A DNA stretch of 64,000 bases, from NCBI RefSeq assembly GCF_964355755.1, contig NC_092674.1:17422001-17486000 (forward strand), in the 5' to 3' direction. Under the pieces are notes generated by a model. It worked only from the letters and a program-made list of their open reading frames with translations. It was not told the DNA's origin and did not search any database. This document shows positions 1 to 13,220 of the stretch, piece by piece (the stretch's first letter is position 1; the number at the start of each line of letters is the position of its first letter). Both the position numbers and the translations under genes were made by a program. This stretch comes from Antedon mediterranea (lineage: Eukaryota > Animalia > Echinodermata).

Positions 1-100
1 ATGGACACCTGATGTTGTTTGGTAAGCTTCAGTTGATGGAGATAAATCATACGACACTCATCCAGCGGTGAGTTTTAACTTGTTATTGATGTTATTACAG

Positions 101-550
101 GTACAACAGAACATCAAAGAAGCAAGAGCAGCAAGTTTTGGAATCTGGCATCTCAGCAACAATACCCAAACTTGTCTCTGATAATACCCTACTTGAACCT
201 TTAACCAATCCAGCGGTGCTAAACGATCCTGCAAGCGCTCCATCTCTCACATTTGTCCAACCAAAAAACACTTCCGGCCGAGCAACTCTAGGAAACAGAC
301 TGTCGATCCCAGTTCCAGGCGAGATAGCAAACCCACCACCATCAGTCCCTGCGGCTAGTAGTACTCGCATTCCTAGAACTACCCTCTTGTACAGAAAACG
401 AGTGGCTAAAGACATTGGAAACCGATCAAAATGTACAAACCAAGAATGTCTGTGATTGTGTGCTCAAAGTGTAAGCAACCAAGGTTAAATAAGAACCACA
501 CTCAGTACTATGGAAATTGGTATTGTGCTGCAACATCTGATGAAGCATGA
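101..550 (+). pseudogene. Frameshifted terminal exon of an uncharacterised, probably transposon-associated protein with a C-terminal CxxC-H-C motif
   Basis: Candidate intron 22-100 (GTAAGC...TTATTACAG). Spliced frame reads W|YNRTSKKQEQQVLESGI and continues into ORF 138-455. After a frameshift near 418 it reads KPIKMYKPRMSVIVCSKCKQPRLNKNHTQYYGNWYCAATSDEA* (TGA 548-550). AATAAA motifs lie at ~789-815. The resemblance to uncharacterised animal protein families is from memory only. Confidence 0.5.
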
Positions 551-2057
551 AATTCGGCTATTGGTTGCCACCCGTCACCATCGTCAAGAGTGGAAAAAAA
601 AACAGCAACAAGAATGATTCCAAATGATTTTTGTAGCCATGGATAGAGTTTTTATACTGTTTCATATATATATATATCTTCTATTTTTTGTTTTGTTCTG
701 TTATTTTATTTTCACTTTTTACAAAATATTTTATATTTTATGCAATTTGGCCATTGGGCCACCATATCTAATGGTTTTCTGAATGTGCAATAAAGTTAAT
801 AAAAATAATAATAAAAAAAAAGTTTTTAATGCTGCCAAATCCAAAGAGCAATGGTTAATGTAGTGAATTATTTTGTAATTTTTATATTATTACAATAAGT
901 TTATATAATTACATTATAATTTACATTAAATCATTCATTGCACTTTGTATTTGAAGGTCCCAAGCCCTTACAAAAAAGCAGAGGGGAAACTTTTGCAATG
1001 AAATGTGTACATTAAATTGTGATTTCTATATTCTTGTCATGAGTATTTTATATTTCAAGAGTAATTCCACTATAATTCATTTTAATATGAATCAAATATT
1101 TCCTTCCACGAATTCTAATATTTTTGATAAACATGTCTCGTCATATTAAAAAAAAGGATTTTATATTAATATTATTTAATATTTTTATTTATTTAATACA
1201 TTGATCATTTGATAATCCTCTAAAATGGACAGTTTTTAGTCTGCCGGTATTCAAAACCTCCTAGCTTCATTGGTCAATTGTCCAGTTTCCTCATTATGTT
1301 TTTACTTTGTATGTATATTTTATGATTTTCCTAATAAATTCAAATCAAATTAATTATTATTTCTTATTTTAAATAAATATTTATTGTTCATTGCATAATT
1401 CCCAGTCAAATTTAAGCATTTCATGTAATGGAATATTGACACTCTCTGTGTGATGTAATCAATAAAATTTTAAATATTGTATTGTGTTTTGTTTCACTCT
1501 TGAATTTTTTTTGTCTCTCAAATGATATTTATGGTAGATACGACAGTGTCTTCCTTTTATGAAATCGAAGGTAATGCTTTTAAAATGGTGTTTCAGAAGA
1601 TTTATTATTTTCTTTACAGTATGTTCTTTACATTAGGGTACACCATGACCATTTCTATCGGCACAGTTTACCTGGCATCAAATGAATATTTTTTAGTTTT
1701 TTCTAGTAATTTGATTTGGTTTCGGCTGACCTAATTTGTAAATTTTTTTCTGAAAATTGTTTTTATTGACGATTGTCTATAAGAGATGTGTTTTTTGTTG
1801 GTAAGTAGGGATGCGGCAACAGACATGATCAGTGGCCGAAATTCACTGAGCTGTTTATTAGCCAATGAGGTTGATGTCCCGATAGCCGCAACACCAAATG
1901 TTGATGATTGATAGAAAATACTAATTTACAACAGAAAAACAGAACAACTTGTACGGAATGTAAACTTGATCGATGGCCTCATCCAACAAGACCTTATCCT
2001 TATTATTACTCCATGTTATTAAGTTAAGGGCAGTATAACAATAATAATGTTATTTTC

Positions 2058-2229
2058 GCCTAGCTAGCAACTAGTCTAGAGAGCCTTTTACAGATTAAAT
2101 GCTGTGAATACTTTGATAGTATTACTAAAGTACTTGAACATTCAAACTAGGCCTAGACTACTTTATCTAGGCCTACCTACTTCAATTAACTATATAACTA
2201 TAGGCTAGGCCTAGTAGTAGGCCTACTAC
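2058..2229. repeat. CTAG/TAGGCCTA-rich low-complexity palindromic tract, continuing at ~5530-5610; target site of the LTR element
   Basis: Repeated TAGGCCTA, CTAG and TACTAC words on the two sides of the LTR element. Confidence 0.55.
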
Positions 2230-2696
2230 TGTAACACTCTGACCATCAGGTCAACAACCCTTTTTCACTATTTCTCCCTACTCCATCTATTAACATTCCT
2301 AGTGGTTTCTTCCTATCCCTAGGTACTCTTTATTCACTCTCCTATAACCCACATCCTTAATCAATTACTGTTTCCTCATCATCATGGAATGTTCCCTTTA
2401 CTAAATAGTCCCCTCCCAGTACATGCATATTAATTAGGACCGTTCCTTAAAATATGGATGCACTGGTAAGAGGAGAAAAAGAGAAGGAAAAGAGCTTGGT
2501 AGAATAAAACATTTATAATAGAGAGAAGAAAAGGTATGTAATATAGCCAGAACAGACTGTATTACATTGCATATTTAAATAAAGCTGTATCTGACCATAA
2601 ACCATATTTGCTGTTGGTACATTTTGTGACTGTGTGAAATCCTGCCGCTGAGACTATATGGTATAGTAACGGATACACTAAAATACCACCGTTACA
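2230..2696 (+). repeat. 5' LTR (467 bp)
   Basis: Starts TGTAACACTCTGACC and ends CCGTTACA; matches 5068-5529 apart from a few substitutions and small indels. Confidence 0.95.
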
Positions 2697-2698
2697 AC

Positions 2699-2711
2699 TG
2701 GTTCCCACACC
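2699..2711 (+). promoter_or_regulatory. Primer binding site complementary to the 3' end of tRNA-Glu(UUC)
   Basis: TGGTTCCCACACC begins 2 nt after the 5' LTR. It is the reverse complement of GGUGUGGGAA-CCA, the 3' end of animal tRNA-Glu(UUC) as I recall it. Confidence 0.8.
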
Positions 2712-3361
2712 AATTTGGACCCACAGAAGCCAATAAAACAAAAAGAAAAAAGAAGAAAAAAAACAAGAAGATGGATCAGATTTGGAATTTGCAGAGTTTG
2801 TGGAGCAGCAGATGCTGATGGATGAATGAACACAGACAAAGAAGAGCAAAAGAAGAAGAAAAGAAGATTATTGGATGAAACAAGTGCAGGACCAACCCCA
2901 GAAATAGAAAACGGAAGACAGAAGAAAAAAAAACACCGAGGCAAAGAGACGAAGAACGAAGACCGAAAAGAAGATGATTTTTACTATTGATCATTAACTG
3001 TTTTTGCGACCTTTTGTTTAACTTTCTTTTGACATTTTTTATTTTGAACGCTTTATACGAACTTTGATACGTATAAAATTTGTTTAATACTTTTGAGTCG
3101 CAGATGGAACTTTTTATAAACATTTTGTTTGTGGACGGCTTGGCTGATTTATTTTTAAACATTATTTTGGATAGCCCATAGTATATTCAACTTGATTTGA
3201 ACACAATATTAACGAACAAAGTGGTAAGTGATCCATCATTTCTAGTTCTTTTCTATAACCTCCTCTTTCTTCGGGTGATATAATATAGGTATAGATATAA
3301 TAATATTGTAACATGTTTTTACGTTCGGGAAATACGGCTGTTAATACCCCAATTTCCACAC

Positions 3362-3829
3362 ACTAGCCCTTTCTTTCTAGTCCATGGACGAAATGTCCGC
3401 TTACCCCAACATATCCCCTCAGTTGGTGAAACCCCTATAGCTCATCACTCGCAGTCGGTATATGTTGACGATCTCGCTAAGCGAATACAAGATGCACACC
3501 AAATGGCCCTAGACAATACTTTACGACAAAAGGAAAGGCAGAAATTTACATATGATTTAGCCGCACGTTTTACCCCTTACAATGTTGGCGACAAAGTTTG
3601 GCTAGATGACCCAGCAAATTCTAGAAAGAAATTAACACCGAATTGGATTGGACCCTACATCATAACTAAAGTAGATGAGGGAGGCAGAACGTATCTACTC
3701 CAAAATTCCAACACCCTTAAACCCCTATCCCGACGCATACATCACGACAGACTGAAACCCTTTGTCGAACAATCCGTCAGAACAAGGTATGGCCGAAAAA
3801 TTCACCCTCCTGCTAGATATGACATTTAA
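3362..3829 (+). pseudogene. Ty3/Gypsy integrase C-terminal remnant (GPY/F module)
   Basis: In frame upstream of ORF 3503-3829: TSPFFLVHGRNVRLP. The ORF contains YNVGDKVWL, KLTPNWIGPYII and IHHDRLKPF, all typical of Gypsy integrase tails. The DDE core is absent. Confidence 0.88.
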
Positions 3830-5054
3830 CTCAACATGATCGACTTGTCATTCTGTTGTTTTTAAAGTTTTTACTTTAATTTGCAATTTCCTTAATAGGC
3901 TTAAAATTTAAGTTTGTGAAAAAGTTTGTTTTCAAATATTTTTTTTCGTTAAATGGATTTTTTTTTTTTAAATCTCATTGTAAATATCATAATATAGTAC
4001 ATTTAGTTGTTTAGATTGTATAACCTTGTTTACCAGATTTACTCACTGCCGAGAACAGAGTAAATGTGAGAGGTTTACTTGTTCAATGCCGATCATTAAT
4101 TCTATTCTTTTTTTTATTTACTCCGACTACTGTATGTGTTAGGCAATCACTTTTTCTTGAGTTTAATATTACTTTGTCTTTTACTTTGTGATTTATGTTA
4201 TGGTGTCTTGATTAGATTATACACTTCATTGTGTTCTGATCATCATGCCGACTATTGGCACTCGATTAAGTTCCATTTAGTGTCGTTCCTGAACATGATA
4301 TATATTTATCTAGGGATTAAATGACCTGCGACCAGGCAAATTCGAATAGCCACATCGATAGTCAAAATTTGTGATTGTTCTTGTCACGTTAGATTTATTA
4401 TCCATAGAACTGTTTATTCCGACATTAGATCGTACCTGATCTTAACTTTCGCGTTTATGGGTTTTAAACAACCGGCGACGAATGGAAATAAACGTTTTGG
4501 ATTTTATTAATTACATGTATGTTTTGTTCTATATTTGGTAATTTTTTCCTCTTGTTGAAATTTGTTTGCTTAATTATTACATTGTGTACTAACTCCGCCG
4601 TAATTGCCGACAACGTTATACAAATATTTGAAAACATGTTACGATTGTATACTATATCACCATTCTTTTTACTCTCCTTCAGTTATGTTTTTCAATCTAT
4701 ACTTTCTATTCTCAATGATGGTTCACTAAACTTATTTTAATTAATTGCATGTTTTAAAACTTATAATATTTTATATTTTGTTATATTCCGTATACTTACG
4801 TAATATATTGCATGTGATGACGAATTTTCATTACTTGTTTATTTTTAATTACTAGTAGCAGTAGTACTGTATTATCATCATTATGTTTTTATTTTGGAAT
4901 GATAGTTCATTCCCTTTACTTGATATTACTTGATTTTGTTTCTTAAATTTAATTAGCATACAGTTTTAATTTCAGCATTTACTTAATTACTTAATTTCTT
5001 TTATATTACAATTATCTTTTATTTTAAATATACGAAGTGGGACACTTCTTTGGT

Positions 5055-5067
5055 AGAGAGGGAATAA
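5055..5067 (+). promoter_or_regulatory. Polypurine tract
   Basis: AGAGAGGGAATAA immediately before the TG of the 3' LTR. Confidence 0.8.
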
Positions 5068-5529
5068 TGTAACACTCTGACCATCAGGTCAACAACCCTT
5101 TTTCACTATTTCTCCCTACTCCATCTATTAACATTCCTAGTGGTTTCTTCCTATCCCTAGGTACTCTTTATTCACTCTCCTATAACCCACATCCTTAATC
5201 AATTACTGTTTCCTCATCATCATGGAATGTTCCCTTTACTAAATAGTCCCCTCCCAGTACATGCATATTAATTAGGACCGTTCCTTAAATATGAATGTAT
5301 ACTGGTAAGAAAAGAGAAGGAAAAGAGCTTGGTAGAATAAAACATTTATAATAGAGAGAAGAAAAGGTATGTGATATAGCCAGAACAGACTGTATTACAT
5401 TGCATATTTAAATAAAACTGTATCTGACCATAAACCATATTTGCTGTTGGTACATTTTGTGACTGTGTGAAATCCTGCCACTGAGACTATATGGTATAGT
5501 AACGGATACACTAAAATTACACCGTTACA
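5068..5529 (+). repeat. 3' LTR (462 bp)
   Basis: Direct repeat of 2230-2696 with TG...CA termini. Confidence 0.95.
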
Positions 5530-6529
5530 CTACTACAGCAGTACTACAATACGACTGGAGGCCCTCTAACTAGCCTGGCTTAAACTTCGGCCTAGCGTAG
5601 ACATAGCTATGATCCCTACCTCTCCCTTGTTTATTATAAGACAATAAAAAGTACTACATATTATAGTCTAGTCATTTGTTTAATCGTTTACCGAAAAAAG
5701 CCATCCTACATGTTTGTTTGGTCCCGTTTGTTTATATTATGATAATTGATCCACGCTGAACCTCCGGGTTCCACTTTTGAATTTGAAGTCCGCAGAATAA
5801 TGCTCAATAATTCACTATTTACTCATTCCCAAGTCACTAAATTGATCTCCCTTGGTTCACAAATGCACAGTGTCTGACGCCAATAAAAGGAAAGAATAAG
5901 TGTAACAGCCAAATTAAAATAAAATCGAAGCAAAATAAGAAAAAAATATCTGTTTACGATAGCGAAATTACGCTAAACCTAATTGCCAATATAGCGTCAT
6001 GTCTGCGGACCGACGCGATAACCTCAATGTGTGTTGAACCGCAAACAAATTTCAATTTCGTTCTGTATGTTACAAAAAGGATATTTCGCGTTCCAAATTT
6101 TTTTGTATGGTATAGAAAATCGCATAAATTGTCACTTTTTTGTACAGTTTCAATTAAATCCCTTTGATATGTTATAGAAATATAATCAAAGCATTGCTTC
6201 ATATAAAGTAAAGTAGTAATTTTGAAGAAATTACGGAATTTAGCATTCACAAACATTGGGTTGACATAACCCTAACGGCTAATTTTATTTATTTACTAGT
6301 TTAATTTTTAACAAATTCGATTAAGGCAACATAAAATTGTCGAATTTTAATCAAAAAACTCCTAAAAATAAATAAAAATCAGCATAGTTATCAATTAAAT
6401 CTACTTTATTAAAATAACCAAACTACAGTTATAAAACTATTTAAAAAATATAATAACGAACGAGCCTCCAGTGAAAGGGCGACCTCAATTTAGACGTGCG
6501 CTCTTTACATAAAAGGTAATTAATTATAG

Positions 6530-7250
6530 CCGAAAAACGATAAATTATCGATTTTGACCCAAGAGAATATTTTCTTTGTTGAAAAGTGAGTAGAGAAAAG
6601 AATACTTCATACAATTTAATCAAATACATACCAAGTTATAAGTCATGAAAAAATTCAAAAATCATCAAAAGTGCATTCGAGTTTGAGAAATTACGCGTTT
6701 TTTACATTTTTTTCAAAAAAGACACGATATTTTTTTTAGTTTTCTTCATTAAAAAAAGAGAGTATATAAATGTATTGTGTATGAAACTCAAAATTTTTAC
6801 AAAACGATGAATTTTTGTGTAAAATAACGTGTTTTTGGTAAAATCAGCATATGTGCACCTTTAAGTACACACATAAAAATCGCCGCGGAAACCATTTTCC
6901 CGATGTCAAATCGGGTTGAAACTCTGGAAAAACGATCTTTTGGTGTTTTTTTACATAGGAAAAATATAAACGTTATATGTTTCCAATGTAAAGTAAATGT
7001 TTAAAGGACGATGTTGGTGAGTGTGAAATAAAAAATATGACGACCTATCGTTCTTAGAACATTACTCAATTTTTTCCCCAAAACGATATTTTTCATAAAA
7101 AACAAGGAAGATAACGTGTAAATCATTAGAGACATGAATGTTAATTAGAGACTTAAATAATCTCTCAGAAAAACGATATTTTACAGACTTTTTATTGAAT
7201 AGGTAGAGAAAGAGTAATAATTATATGTAAATCAGCATATGTGCAATTCT
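6530..7250. mobile_element. Possible DNA-transposon end (Kolobok-like ...GCACCT|TTAA at 6860) with degenerate subterminal repeats
   Basis: AAATCAGCATATGTGCA occurs at 6841 and ~7229, and AAAACGAT motifs recur. The end reads TTAA-AGGTGCAC on the minus strand. No partner terminus was found. Confidence 0.3.
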
Positions 7251-7391
7251 CATAGTGACAGTCTCGCGGAGAGCAAACATGCACCTGTGCCTATGTCTTA
7301 CTGTGGAAAGTCCCCCTAGATTATCATCAAATGTGCATGTTTCTCACTGAAAACTGTAGGTGGCCGATGTGCATTTTTGCATGTGCGCTCT

Positions 7392-10300
7392 GAGAGATAG
7401 ATCAGCGAGAGAGAGATAGATCAGCGAGAGAAAGATAGATCAGTGAGAGAGAGATAGATCAGCGAGAGAGAGATAGATCAGCGAGAGAGAGATAGATCAG
7501 CGATTAGCGAGAGAGAGAGATAGATCAGCGAGAGAGAGATAGATCAGCGAGAGAGAGATAGATCAGCGAGAGAGAGAGATAGATCAGCGAGAGGGAGATA
7601 GATCAGCGAGAGAGAGATAGATCAGCGAGAGAGATATAAATCAGCGAGAGAGAGATAGATCGGGGAGAGAGAGATAGATCAGCGAGAGAGATAGATAAGC
7701 GAGAGAGAGATAGATCAGCGAGAGAGAGATAGATCAGCGAGAGAGATAGATAGATCAGCGAGAGAAAGAGATAGATAGATTAGTTAGAGAGAGATAGATC
7801 AGCGAGAGAGAGAGATAGATAAGCGAGAGAGAGAGATAGATCAGCGAGAGAGAGAGAGAGATAGATCAGCGAGAGAGAGATAGATCAGCGAGAGAGAGAT
7901 AGATCAGCGAGAGAGAGAGAGATAGATCGAGAGGAGAGAGATAGATCAGCGAGAGAGAGATAGATCAGCGAGACAGAGATAGATCAGCGAGAGAGCGATA
8001 GATCAGCGAGAGAGAGATAGATCAGCGAGAGAGAGATAGATTAGCGAGAGAGAGATAGATCAGCGAGAGAGAGATAGATCAGCGAGAGAGAGATAGATCA
8101 GCGAGAGAGAGACAGATCAGCGAGAGAGAGATAGATAAGCGAGAGAGAGATAGATCAGCGAGAGAGATATAGATCAGCGAGAAAGAGATAGATCAGCGAG
8201 AGAGAGATAGATCGGCGAGAGAGAGATAGATCAACGAGAGAGAGAGATAGATCAACGAGAGAGAGATCAGCGAGAGAGATAGATCAGCGAGAGAGAGAGA
8301 TAGGTCAGCGAGAGAGAGATAGATCAGCGAGAGAGAGATAGATCAGCGAGACAGAGATAGATCAGCGAGAGCGAGATACATCGGGGAGAGAGAGATAGAT
8401 CAGCGAGAGAGAGATAGATAAGCGAGAGAGAGATAGATCAGCGAGAGAGAGATAGATCAGCGAGAGAGAGATAGATCAGCGAGAGAGATAGATAGATCAG
8501 CGAGAGAGAGAGATAGATAGATCAGTTAGAGAGAGATAGATCAGCGAGAGAGAGAGATAGATAAGCCAGAGAGAGATAGATCAGCGAGAGAGAGATAGAT
8601 CAGTGAGAGAGAGAGATAGATCAGCGAGAAAGAGATAGATCAGCGAGAGAGAGATAGATCAGCGAGAGAGAGAGATATAGACCAGCGAGAGGGAGATAGA
8701 TCAGCGAGAGAGAGATAGATCAGCGAGAGAGATATAGATCAGCGAGAGAGAGATAGATCAGCGAGAGAGAGATAGATCAGCGAGAGAGAGAGATAGATCA
8801 TCGAGAGAGAGATAGATCAGCGAGAGAGATAGATCAGCGAAAGAGAGATAGATCAGCGAGAGAGAGATAGATCAGCGAGAGAGAAATAGATCAGCGAGAG
8901 AGAGATAGATCAGCGAGAGAGAGATAGATCAGCGAGAGAGAAATAGATCAGCGAGAGAGAGATAGATCAGAGAGAGAGATAGATCAGCGATAGAGAGAGA
9001 TAGATCAGCGAGAGAGAAATAGATCAGCGGGAGAGAGAGAGATAGATCGAGGAGAGAGAGATAGATCAGCGAGAGAGAGATAGATCAGCGAGAGAGAGAT
9101 AGATCAGCAAGAGAGAGATAGATCAGCGAGAAAGAAATAGATCAGCGAGAGAGAGATTGATCAGCGAGAGAGAGATAGATCAGCGAGCAAGAGATAGATC
9201 AGCGAGAGAGAGATAGATCAGCGAGAGAGAGATAGATCAGCGAGAGAGAGATAGATCAGCGAGAGAGAGAGATAGATAATCGAGAGAGAGATAGATCAGC
9301 GAGAGAGAGATAGATCAGCGAGAGAGAGATAGATCAGCGAGAGAGAGATAGATCAACGAGAGAGAAATAGATCAGCGAGAGAGAGATAGATCAGCGAGAG
9401 AGAGATAGATCAGCGAGAGAGAGATAGATCAGCGAGAGAGAGATAGATCAGAGAGAGAGAGATAGATCAGCGATAGAGAGAGATAGATCAGCGAGAGAGA
9501 AATAGATCAGCGGGAGAGAGAGAGATAGATCGAGGAGAGAGAGATAGATCAGCGAGAGAGAGAGAGATCAGCGAGAGAGAGATAGATCAGCGAGAGAGAG
9601 ATAGATCAGCGAGAGAGAGATAGATCAGCGAGAGAGAGATAGATCAGCGAGAGAGAGATAGATCAGCGAGAGAGAGCGATAGATCAGCGAGAGAGAGAGG
9701 TAGATCAGCGAGAGAGAAAGAGATAGATCAGCGAGAGAGAGATAGATCAGCGAGAGAGAGAGAGATAGATCAGCGAGAGAGAGATAGATCAGCAAGAGAG
9801 AGAGAGAGAGAGATAGATCAGCGAGAGAGAGATAGATCAGCGAGAGAGAGATAGATCAGCGAGAGAGATATAGATCAGCGAGAGAGAGATAGATCAGCGA
9901 GAGAGAGATAGATCAGCGAGAGAGAGAGAAAGATCAGCGAGAGAGAGATAGATCAGCGAGAGAGAGATAGATCAGCGAGAGAGAGATAGATCAGCGAGAG
10001 AGAGATAGATCAGCGAGAGAGAGATAGATCAGCGAGAGAGAGATAGATCAGAGAGAGAGAGATAGATCAGCGATAGAGAGAGATAGATCAGTGAGAAAGA
10101 GAGAGAGATAGATCAGCGAGAGAGAGATAGATCAGCGAGAGAGAGATAGATCAGCGAGAGGGAGATAGATCAGCGAGAGAGAGAGAGATAGATCAGCGAG
10201 AGAGAGATAGATCAGCGAGAGAGAGATAGATCAGCGAGAGGGAGATAGATCAGCGAGAGAGAGATAGGTCAGCGAGATAGAGATAGATCAGCGAGAGAGA

Positions 10301-13189
10301 GATAGATCAGCGAGATAGAGATAGATCAGCGAGAGAGAGATAGATCAGCGAGAGAGAGATAGATCAGTGAGAGAGAGATAGATGAGCGAGAGAGAGAGAT
10401 AGATCAGCGAGAGAGAGATAGATCAGCGAGAGAGAGATAGATCAGCGAGAGAAAAATAGATCAGCGAGAGAGAGATAGATCAGCGAGAGAGAGAGAGATA
10501 GATCAGCGAGAGAGAGATAGATCAGCGAGAGAGAGATAGATCAGCGGGAGAGAGATAGATCAGCGAGAGAGAGATATAGATCAGCGAGAGAGAAATAGAT
10601 CAGCGGGAGAGAGAGAGATAGATCGAGGAGAGAGAGATAGATCAGCGAGAGAGAGATAGATCAGCGAGAGAGAGATAGATCAGCAAGAGAGAGATAGATC
10701 AGCGAGAGAGAAATAGATCAGCGAGAGAGATAGATCAGCGAGAGAGAGATAGATCAGCGAGAGAGAGATAGATCAGCGAGAGAGAAATAGATCAGCGAGA
10801 GAGAGATAGATCAGCGAGAGAGATATAGATCAGCGAGAGAGAGATAGATCAGCGAGAGAGAGAGATAGATCATCGAGAGAGAGATAGATCAGCGAGAGAG
10901 ATAGATCAGCGAGAGAGAGATAGATCAGCGAGAGAGAGATAGATCAGCGAGAGAGAAATAGATCAGCGAGAGAGAGATAGATCAGCGAGAGAGAGATAGA
11001 TCAGCGAGAGAGAGATAGATCAGCGAGAGAGAGATAGATCAGAGAGAGAGAGATAGATCAGCGATAGAGAGAGATAGATCAGCGAGAGAGAAATAGATCA
11101 GCGGGAGAGAGAGAGATAGATCGAGGAGAGAGAGATAGATCAGCGAGAGAGAGAAAGATCAGCGAGAGAGAGATAGATCAGCGAGAGAGAGATAGATCAG
11201 CGAGAGAGAGATAGATCAGCGAGAGAGAGATATATCAGCGAGAGAGAGATAGATCAGCGAGAGAGAGCGATAGATCAGCGAGAGAGAGAGGTAGATCAGC
11301 GAGAGAGAAAGAGATAGATCAGCGAGAGAGAGATAGATCAGCGAGAGAGAGAGATAGATCAGCGAGCGAGAGATAGATCAGAGAGAGAGAGAGAGAGAGA
11401 GAGATAGATCAGCGAGAGAGAGATAGATCAGCGAGAGAGAGATAGATCAGCGAGAGAGAGATAGATCAGCGAGAGAGAGATAGATCAGCGAGAGAGAGAT
11501 AGATCAGCGAGAGAAAGATAGATCAGCGAGAGAGATAAAGATCAGCGAGAGAGAGATAGATCAGCGAGAGAGAGATAGATCAGCGAGAGAGAGAGAAAGA
11601 TCAGCGAGAGAGAGATAAATCAGTGAGAGAGAGATAGATCAGCGAGAGAGAGATAGATCAGCGAGAGAGAGATAGATCAGCGAGAGAGAGATAGATCAGC
11701 GAGAGAGAGATAGATCAGAAAGAGAGAGATAGATCAGCGATAGAGTGAGATAGATCAGTGAGAGAGAGAGATAGATCAGCGAGAGAGAGATAGATCAGCG
11801 AGAGAGAGATAGATCAGCGAGAGGGAGATAGATCAGCGAGAGAGAGATAGATCAGCGAGAGAGAGATAGATCAGCAAGAGAGAGCGATAGATCAGCGAGA
11901 GAGAGAGGTAGATCAGCGAGAGAGAGAAAGATAGATCAGCGAGAGAGAGATAGAACAGCGAGAGAGAGATAGATCAGCGAGAGAGAAAGAGATAGATCAG
12001 CGAGAGAGAGATAGATCAGCGAGAGAGAGATAGATCAGCGAGAGAGAGAGATAGATCAGCGAGAGAGAGATAGATCAGCGAGAGAGAGATAGATCAGCGA
12101 AAGAGAGATAGATCAGCGAGAGAGAGATAGATCAGCGAGATAGAGATAGATCAGCGAGAGAGAGATAGATCAGCGAGAGAGAGATAGATCAGTGAGAGAG
12201 AGATAGATGAGCGAGAGAGAGAGATAGATCAGCGAGAGAGAGATAGATCAGCGAGAGAGAGATAGATCAGCGAGAGAGAAATAGATCAGCGAGAGAGAGA
12301 TAGATCAGCGAGAGAGAGAGAGATAGATCAGCGAGAGAGAGATAGATCAGCGAGAGAGAGATAGATCAGCGGGAGAGAGATAGATCAGCGAGAGAGAGAT
12401 ATAGATCAGCGAGAGAGAAATAGATCAGCGGGAGAGAGAGAGAGATAGATCGAGGAGAGAGAGATAGATCAGCGAGAGAGAGATAGATCAGCGAGAGAGA
12501 GATAGATCAGCAAGAGAGAGATAGATCAGCGAGAGAGAAATAGATCAGCGAGAGAGAGATAGATCAGCGAGAGAGAGATAGATCAGCGAGAGAGAGATAG
12601 ATCAGCGAGAGAGAAATAGATCAGCGAGAGAGAGATAGATCAGCGAGAGAGATATAGATCAGCGAGAGAGAGATAGATCAGCGAGAGAGAGAGATAGATC
12701 ATCGAGAGAGAGATAGATCAGCGAGAGAGATAGATCAGCGAGAGAGAGATAGATCAGCGAGAGAGAGATAGATCAGCGAGAGAGAAATAGATCAGCGAGA
12801 GAGAGATAGATCAGCGAGAGAGAGATAGATCAGCGAGAGAGAGATAGATCAGCGAGAGAGAGATAGATCAGAGAGAGAGAGATAGATCAGCGATAGAGAG
12901 AGATAGATCAGCGAGAGAGAAATAGATCAGCGGGAGAGAGAGAGATAGATCGAGGAGAGAGAGATAGATCAGCGAGAGAGAGATAGATCAGCGAGAGAGA
13001 GATAGATCAGCGAGAGAGAGATAGATCAGCGAGAGAGAGATATATCAGCGAGAGAGAGATAGATCAGCGAGAGAGAGGGATAGATCAGCGAGAGAGAGAG
13101 GTAGATCAGCGAGAGAGAAAGAGATAGATCAGCGAGAGAGAGATAGATCAGCGAGAGAGAGAGATAGATCAGCGAGCGAGAGATAGATC

Positions 13190-13220
<31 letters not shown>

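Larger units (their letters stand above)
2230..5529 (+). mobile_element. Non-autonomous Ty3/Gypsy-like LTR retrotransposon (3.3 kb)
   Basis: Two near-identical direct LTRs with TGTAAC...GTTACA ends, PBS, PPT, CTAC duplicated at 2226-2229 and 5530-5533, and an integrase C-terminal remnant. No recognisable protease, RT or RNase H. Confidence 0.93.

Noticed and set aside
530-578. CTGATGA-AGCAT-GAAA resembling a hammerhead core
   Set aside because: Stem II would be 1 bp and stem III does not pair; it overlaps apparent coding sequence and is probably chance.
1220-1350. Possible short LINE 3' end (AATAAA-TTCAAATCAAAT)
   Set aside because: Too short and without coding evidence to call.
2562-3359. 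Minus-strand ORFs inside the LTR element
   Set aside because: Low-complexity Phe/Ser-rich products of an A-rich tract with no gag or env motifs.
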